Below, piece by piece: positions 57,951 to 64,000 of a DNA stretch of 64,000 nt. The stretch is from Eledone cirrhosa (lineage: Eukaryota). How positions within the stretch are numbered: the first letter of the stretch is position 1; each line of letters begins with the position of its first letter. The position numbers and the translations under genes are program-made. Under the pieces are notes generated by a model, which was given only the letters and a program-made list of their open reading frames with translations, was not told the origin of the DNA and did not search any database. Location: NCBI GenBank assembly GCA_964016885.1, contig OZ024760.1, positions 30,194,001 to 30,258,000 on the forward strand, given 5' to 3'.

Positions 57951-60900
57951 TGTAATGTAATGTAATGTAATGTAATGTGTAATGTAATGTAATGTGTAAT
58001 GTAATGTAATGTAATGTAATGTTATGTAATGTAATGTGTAATGTAATGTAATGTGTAATGTAATGTAATGTAATGTAATTTAATGTTATGTAAGGTATTG
58101 TGTAATGTAACGTACTGTGTAATCTAATGTAATGTAATGTAATGTAATGTAATGTAATGTAATGTAATGTGTAATGTAATGTAATGTAATGTAATGTAAT
58201 GTAATGTAATGTAATGTAATGCAACGTAATGTAATTTAATGTAATGTGTAATGTAATGTAATGTGTAATGTATTGTAATGTAATGTAATGTAATGTAATG
58301 TAATGTAATGTAATGTGTAATGTAATGTAATGTAATGTAATGTGTAATGTAATGTAATGTAATGTAATGTAATGTAATGTAATGTAATGTAATGTAATGT
58401 AATGTAATGTAATGTAATGTAATGTAATGTAGTATGTAATGTGATGTAATGTAATGTAATGTAATGAAATGTAATGTAATGTAATGTAATGTAATGTAAT
58501 GTAATGTAATGTAATGTAATGCAATGTAATGTAATGTAATGTAATGTAATGTAATGTGTAATGTAATGTAATGTAATGTAATGTAATGTAATGTAATGTA
58601 ATGTAATGTGTAATGTAATGTAATGTAATGTAATATGTAATGTAATGTAATGTAATTTAATGTAATGTCTAATGTAATGTAATGTAATGTATTGTAATGT
58701 AATGTAATGTAATGTGTATCGTGTAATGTAATGTAATGTATTGTAATGTAATGTAATGTAATGTGTATCGTGTAATGTGAATTGTGTAATGTAATGTAAT
58801 GTAATGTAATGTAATGTAATGTAATGTGTAATGTAATGTAATGTAACGTAATGTAATGTGTAATGTAATGTAATGTAATGTAATGTAATGTGTAATGTAA
58901 TGTAATGTAATGTAACGTAATGTAATGTAAAGTAATGTAATGTAACGTAATGTAATGTAATGTGTATCGTGTAATGTGAATTGTGTAATGTAATGTAATG
59001 TAATGTAATGTAATGTAATGTGTAATGTAATGTAATGTAATGTAATGTGTAATGTAATGCAATGTAATGTAATGTAATGCAATGTAATGTAATGTAATGT
59101 AAAGTAATGTAATGTAACGTAATGTAATATAATGTAATGTAATGTATAATGTAATGTAATGTAATGTGTAATGTAATGTAATGTAATGTAATGTAATGTA
59201 ATGTGTAATGTAATGTAATGTAATGTAATGTAATGTAATGTAATGTAATGTGTAATGTAATGTAATGTAATATAACGTATAATGTAACGTAATGTAATGT
59301 AATGTAATGTAGTATGTAATGTGATGTAATGTAATGTAATGTAATGAAATGTAATGTAATGTAATGTAATGTAATGTAATGTAATGTAATGTAATGTAAT
59401 GTGTAATGTAATGTAATGTAATGTAATCTAATGTAATGTAATGCAACGTAATGTAATGTAATGTAATGTAATGTAATGTAATGTAATGTAATGTGTAATG
59501 TAATGTAATGTAATATGTAATGTAATGTAATGTATTGTAATGTAATGTAATGTAATGTGTATCGTGTAATGTGAATTGTGTAATGTAATGTAATGTAATG
59601 TAATGTAATGTAATGTAATGTAATGTAATGTAATGTAATGTAATGTAAAGTAATGTAATGTAACGTAATGTAATGTAATGTAATGTATAATGTAATGTAA
59701 TGTAATGTAATGTGTAATGTAATGTAATGTAATGTAATGTAATGTAATGTAATGAAATGTAACGTAATGTAATGTAATGTAATATAATTTAATGTAACGT
59801 AATGTAATGTAATGTAATATAATGTAATGTAATGTAATGTGTAACGTAATGTAATGTAATGTAATGTAATGTAAAGTAATGTAATGTAATGTAATGTGTA
59901 ATGTAATGTAATGTGTAATGTAATGTAATGTAATGTAATGTGTAATGTAATGTAATGTAATGAAATGTAACGTAATGTAATGTAATGTAATGTAATGTAA
60001 TGTAATGTAATGTAATGTAATGTAAAGTAATGTAATGTAATGTAATGTAATGTAATGTAACGTGTAATGTAATGTAATGTAATGTAATGTAAAGTAATGT
60101 AATGTAATGTAATGTAATGCAATGTGTGACGTAATGTAATGTAATGTATCGTAATGTGTAATGTAATGTAATGTCATGTAATGTAATGTAATATGTAATG
60201 TAATGTAATGTAATGTAATATGTACTGTAATGTAATGTAATGTGATGTAATATGTAATATGTAATGTAATGTAATGTAATGTGTGATGTACTGTAATGTA
60301 ATGTAATGTGTAATGTAATGTAAAGTAATGTGTAATGTAACATAATGTAATGTAATGTAATGTAATGTGTAATGTAATGTAATGTGTAATGTCATGTAAT
60401 GTAATGTAATGTAATGTAATGTTATGTAATGTGTAATATAATGTAATGTGTAATGTAATGTAATGTAATGTAATGTAATGTAATGTAATGTAATGTAATG
60501 TAATGTAATGTAATGTATATTGTAATGTAATGTGTAATGTAATGTAATGTAATGTGTAATGCAATGTAAAGTAATGTGTAATGTAATGTAATGTAATGTA
60601 ATGCAATGTAATGTAATGTAATGTGTAATGTAATGTAATGTAATGTAATGTAATTTAATTTTTAATGTTTAATGTAATGTAATGTAATGTAATGTAATGT
60701 GTAATGTAATGTAATGTAATGTAATGTAATATAATGTAATGTAATATAATGTAATGTAATATGTAATGTGTAATGTAATGTAATGTAATGTAATGTAATG
60801 TAATGTGTAATGTAATGTAATTTAATGTAATGTAATGTAATGTAATGTAATGTAATGTAATGTGTAATGAAATGTAACGTAATGTAATGTAATGTAATGT

Positions 60901-63900
60901 AATGTAATGTAACGTGTAATGTAATGTAATGTAATGTAATGTAAAGTAATGTAATGTAATGTAATGTGTAATGTAATGTAATGTAATGTAATGTTATGTA
61001 ATGTAATGTGTAATGTAATGTAATGTGTAATGTAATATAATGTAATGTAATTTAATGTTATGTAATGTATTGTGTAATGTAACGTACTGTGTAATCTAAT
61101 GTAATGTAATGTAATGTAATGTAATGTAATGTAATGCAACGTAATGTAATTTAATGTAATGTGTAATGTAATGTAATGTGTAATGTAATGTAATGTAATG
61201 TAATGTAATGTAATGTAATGTAATGTAATGTGTAATGTAATGTAATGTAATGTAATGTGTAATGTAATGTAATGTAATGTAATGTAATGTAATGTAATGT
61301 AATGTAATGTAATGTAGTATGTAATGTGATGTAATGTAATGTAATGTAATGAAATGTAATGTAATGTAATGTAATGTAATTTAATGTAATGTAATGTAAT
61401 GTGTAATGTAATGTAATGTAATGTAATGTAATGTAATGTAATGTAATGTAATGTAATGAAATGTAATGTAATGTAATGTAATGTAATATGTAATGTAATG
61501 TAATGTAATTTAATGTAATGTCTAATGTAATGTAATGTAATGTATTGTAATGTAATGTAATGTAATGTGTATCGTGTAATGTGAATTGTGTAATGTAATG
61601 TAATGTAATGTAATGTAATGTAATGTAATGTAATGTGTAATGTAATGTAATGTAATGTAATGTAATGTGTAATGTAATGTAATGTAATGTAATGTGTAAT
61701 GTAATGTAATGTAATGTAATGTAATGTAAAGTAATGTAATGTAACGTAATGTAATGTAATGTGTATCGTGTAATGTGAATTGTGTAATGTAATGTAATGT
61801 AATGTAATGTAATGTAATGTAATGTGTAATGTAATGTAATGTAATGTAATGTAATGTAATGTGTAATGTAATGTAATGTAATGTAATGTAATGCAATGTA
61901 ATGTAATGTAATGTAAAGTAATGTAATGTAACGTAATGTAATATAATGTAATGTAATGTATAATGTAATGTAATGTAATGTGTAATGTAATGTAATGTAA
62001 TGTAATGTAATGTAATGTGTAATGTAATGTAATGTAATGTAATGTAATGTAATGTAATGTAATGTAATGTGTAATGTAATGTAATGTAATATAACGTGTA
62101 ATGTAACGTAATGTAATATAACGTGTAATGTAACGTAATGTAATGAAATGTAACATAATGTAATGTAATGAAATATAATTTAATGTAACGTAATGTAATG
62201 TAATGTAATTTAATGTAATGTAATGTAATGTAATGTAATATAATGTGTAATGTAATGTAATGTAATGTAATGTAATGTAATGTAATGTGTAACGTAATGT
62301 AATGTAATGTAATGAAATGTAATGTAATGTAATGTAATGTAATGTAATGTAATGTAATGTGTAATGTAATGTAATGTAATGTAATATAAAGTAATGTAAT
62401 GTAATGTAATGTAATGTGTAATGTGTAATATAATGTAATGTAATGTAATGTAATGTAATGTAATGAAATGTAATGTAATGTAATGTAATGTAATGTAATG
62501 TAATGTAATGTAATGTAATGTAATGTAATGTAATGTAATGTAATGTAATGTAATGTAATGTAATGTAATGTAATGTAATGAAATGTAATGTAATGTAATG
62601 TAATGTAATGTAATGTAATGTAATGTAATGTAATGTAATGTGTAATGTAATGTAATGTAATCTAATATAATGTAATGTAACGTAATGTAATGTAATGTAA
62701 TGTAATGTAATGTAATGTGTAATGTAATGTAATGTAATATGTAATGTAATGTAATGTAATGTAATGTGTAATGTAATGTAATGTAATGTAATATGTAATG
62801 TAATGTAAAGTAATTTAATGTAATGTCTAATGTAATGTAATGTAATGTATTGTAATGTAATGTAATGTAATGTGTATCGTGTAATGTGAATTGTGTAATG
62901 TAATGCAATGTAATGTAATGTAATGTAATGTAATGTAATGTGTAAAGTAATGTAATGTAATGTAATGTAATGTAATGTAATGTGTAATGTAATGTACTGT
63001 AATGTAATGTAATGTAATGTAATGTAATGTAATGTAATGTAATGTAATGTAATGTGTAATGTAATGTAATGTAATATAATGTAATGTGTAATGTAATGTA
63101 ATGTAATGTAATGTAATGTAATATATAATGTAATGTAATGTAATGTAATGTAATGTAATGTAATGTAATGTAATGTGTAATGTAATGTAATGTAATGTGT
63201 AACGTAACGTAATGTGTAATGTAAAGTAATGTAATGTAATGTAATGTGTAATGTAATATGTAATGTAATGTAATGTAATGTAATGTTATGTAATGTAATG
63301 TGTAATGTAACGTAACGTGTAATCTAATGTAATGTAATGTAATGTAATGTAATGTGTAATGTAACGTAATGTGTAATGTAATGTAATGTAATGTAATGTG
63401 TAATGTAATGTAATGTGTAATGTAAAGTAATGTAATGTAATGTAATGTGTAATGTAATGTAATGTAATGTAATGTAATGTGTAATGTAATGTAATGTAAT
63501 GTAATGTAATGTAATGTAATGTAATGTGTAATGTAACGTAATGTGTAATGTAATGTAATGTAATGTAATGTAATGTAATGTAATGTAATGTGTAATATAA
63601 TGTAATGTAATGTGTAATGTAATGTAATGTAATGTAATGTAACGTGTAATGTAATGTAATGTGTAATGTAATGAAATGTAATGTAATGTAATGTAATGTA
63701 ATGTGTAATGTAATGTGTAATGTAATGTAATGTAATGAAATGTAATGTAATGTGTAATGTAATGTAATGTAATGTGTAATGTAATGTAATGTAATGTAAT
63801 GTAATGTAATGTAATGTAATGTAATGTAGTATGTAATGTGATGTAATGTAATGTAATGTAATGTAATGTAATGAAATGAAATGAAATGTAATGTAATGTA

Positions 63901-64000
63901 ATGTAATGTAATGTAATGTAATGTAATGTAATGTAATGTAATGTAATGTAATGTAATGTAATGTAATGTGTAATGTAATGTAATGTAATGTAATATGTAA
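53450..64000. repeat. ~10.5-kb segment duplicating ~22400-33300 (offset ~30.6-31.0 kb)
   Basis: TTATGTAAGGTATTGTG ~27111/~58086, TTTAATTTTTAATGTTT ~29652/~60654, ATATAAAGTAAT ~31683/~62384, GAAATGAAATGAAAT ~33232/~63873, all in the same order. Confidence 0.88.

Larger units (their letters stand above)
1..64000. repeat. Pentanucleotide satellite array (TAATG)n/(CATTA)n filling the whole window, open at both ends
   Basis: Seen directly: continuous GTAAT units in one orientation. Recurrent variants include GTGTAAT (+2 bp), ATAAT, GTAAC, TTAAT, GAAAT, GCAAT, GTAAA, GTCTAAT, GTTAT and GTCAT. It is interrupted only by three ~161-bp inserts. Confidence 0.99.

Noticed and set aside
519-62908. All minus-strand (HYITL)n ORFs, up to 1024 aa (30552-33626)
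   Set aside because: (CATTA)n translates as CAT TAC ATT ACA TTA with no stop in any frame, so long overlapping ORFs in all three frames are expected. Frequent 2-bp indels show no frame conservation.
1-64000. TAATG as overlapping stop-start / ATG-TAA minimal ORFs on the plus strand
   Set aside because: A trivial property of the monomer, with no associated genes.
1-64000. Telomeric repeat array
   Set aside because: TAATG is not a G-rich telomerase motif such as TTAGGG or TTAGG. Inherited variants copied in multi-kb blocks indicate recombinational amplification rather than telomerase synthesis.
1-64000. Pure sequencing artefact or synthetic repeat
   Set aside because: Variant patterns are reproduced collinearly across multi-kb blocks with small differences and include a natural-looking SINE. 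This argues for real satellite DNA, although exact copy numbers may be misassembled.
1-64000. Strand inversion within the array
   Set aside because: No plus-strand (CATTA)n tract was seen and the orientation is uniform.

Overview
The window is almost entirely one AT-rich (~20% GC) eukaryotic-type satellite array of the pentamer (TAATG)n/(CATTA)n, in a single orientation from base 1 to 64000. There are no credible protein-coding genes. All supplied ORFs are minus-strand (HYITL)n read-throughs that arise because (CATTA)n has no stop codon in any frame. The only complex sequence is a ~161-bp element present three times (3402-3562, 9674-9834, 11433-11593). On the minus strand it carries a Pol III B-box and looks like a 5'-truncated tRNA-derived SINE; from memory it resembles the abundant Octopus SINE family, which is unverified. 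Rare variant pentamers serve as markers and show that the apparently simple array has nested higher-order repeats: about 6.3 kb, 1.76 kb, 2.7-3.0 kb, 2.5/5.17 kb, a 9.1-kb-offset duplication and a 31-kb-offset duplication. The three SINE copies are one insertion amplified with the satellite. I found no evidence for a novel coding system. The most interesting features are the SINE-satellite relationship and the hidden repeat hierarchy. Offsets were read by eye from marker motifs and are approximate.
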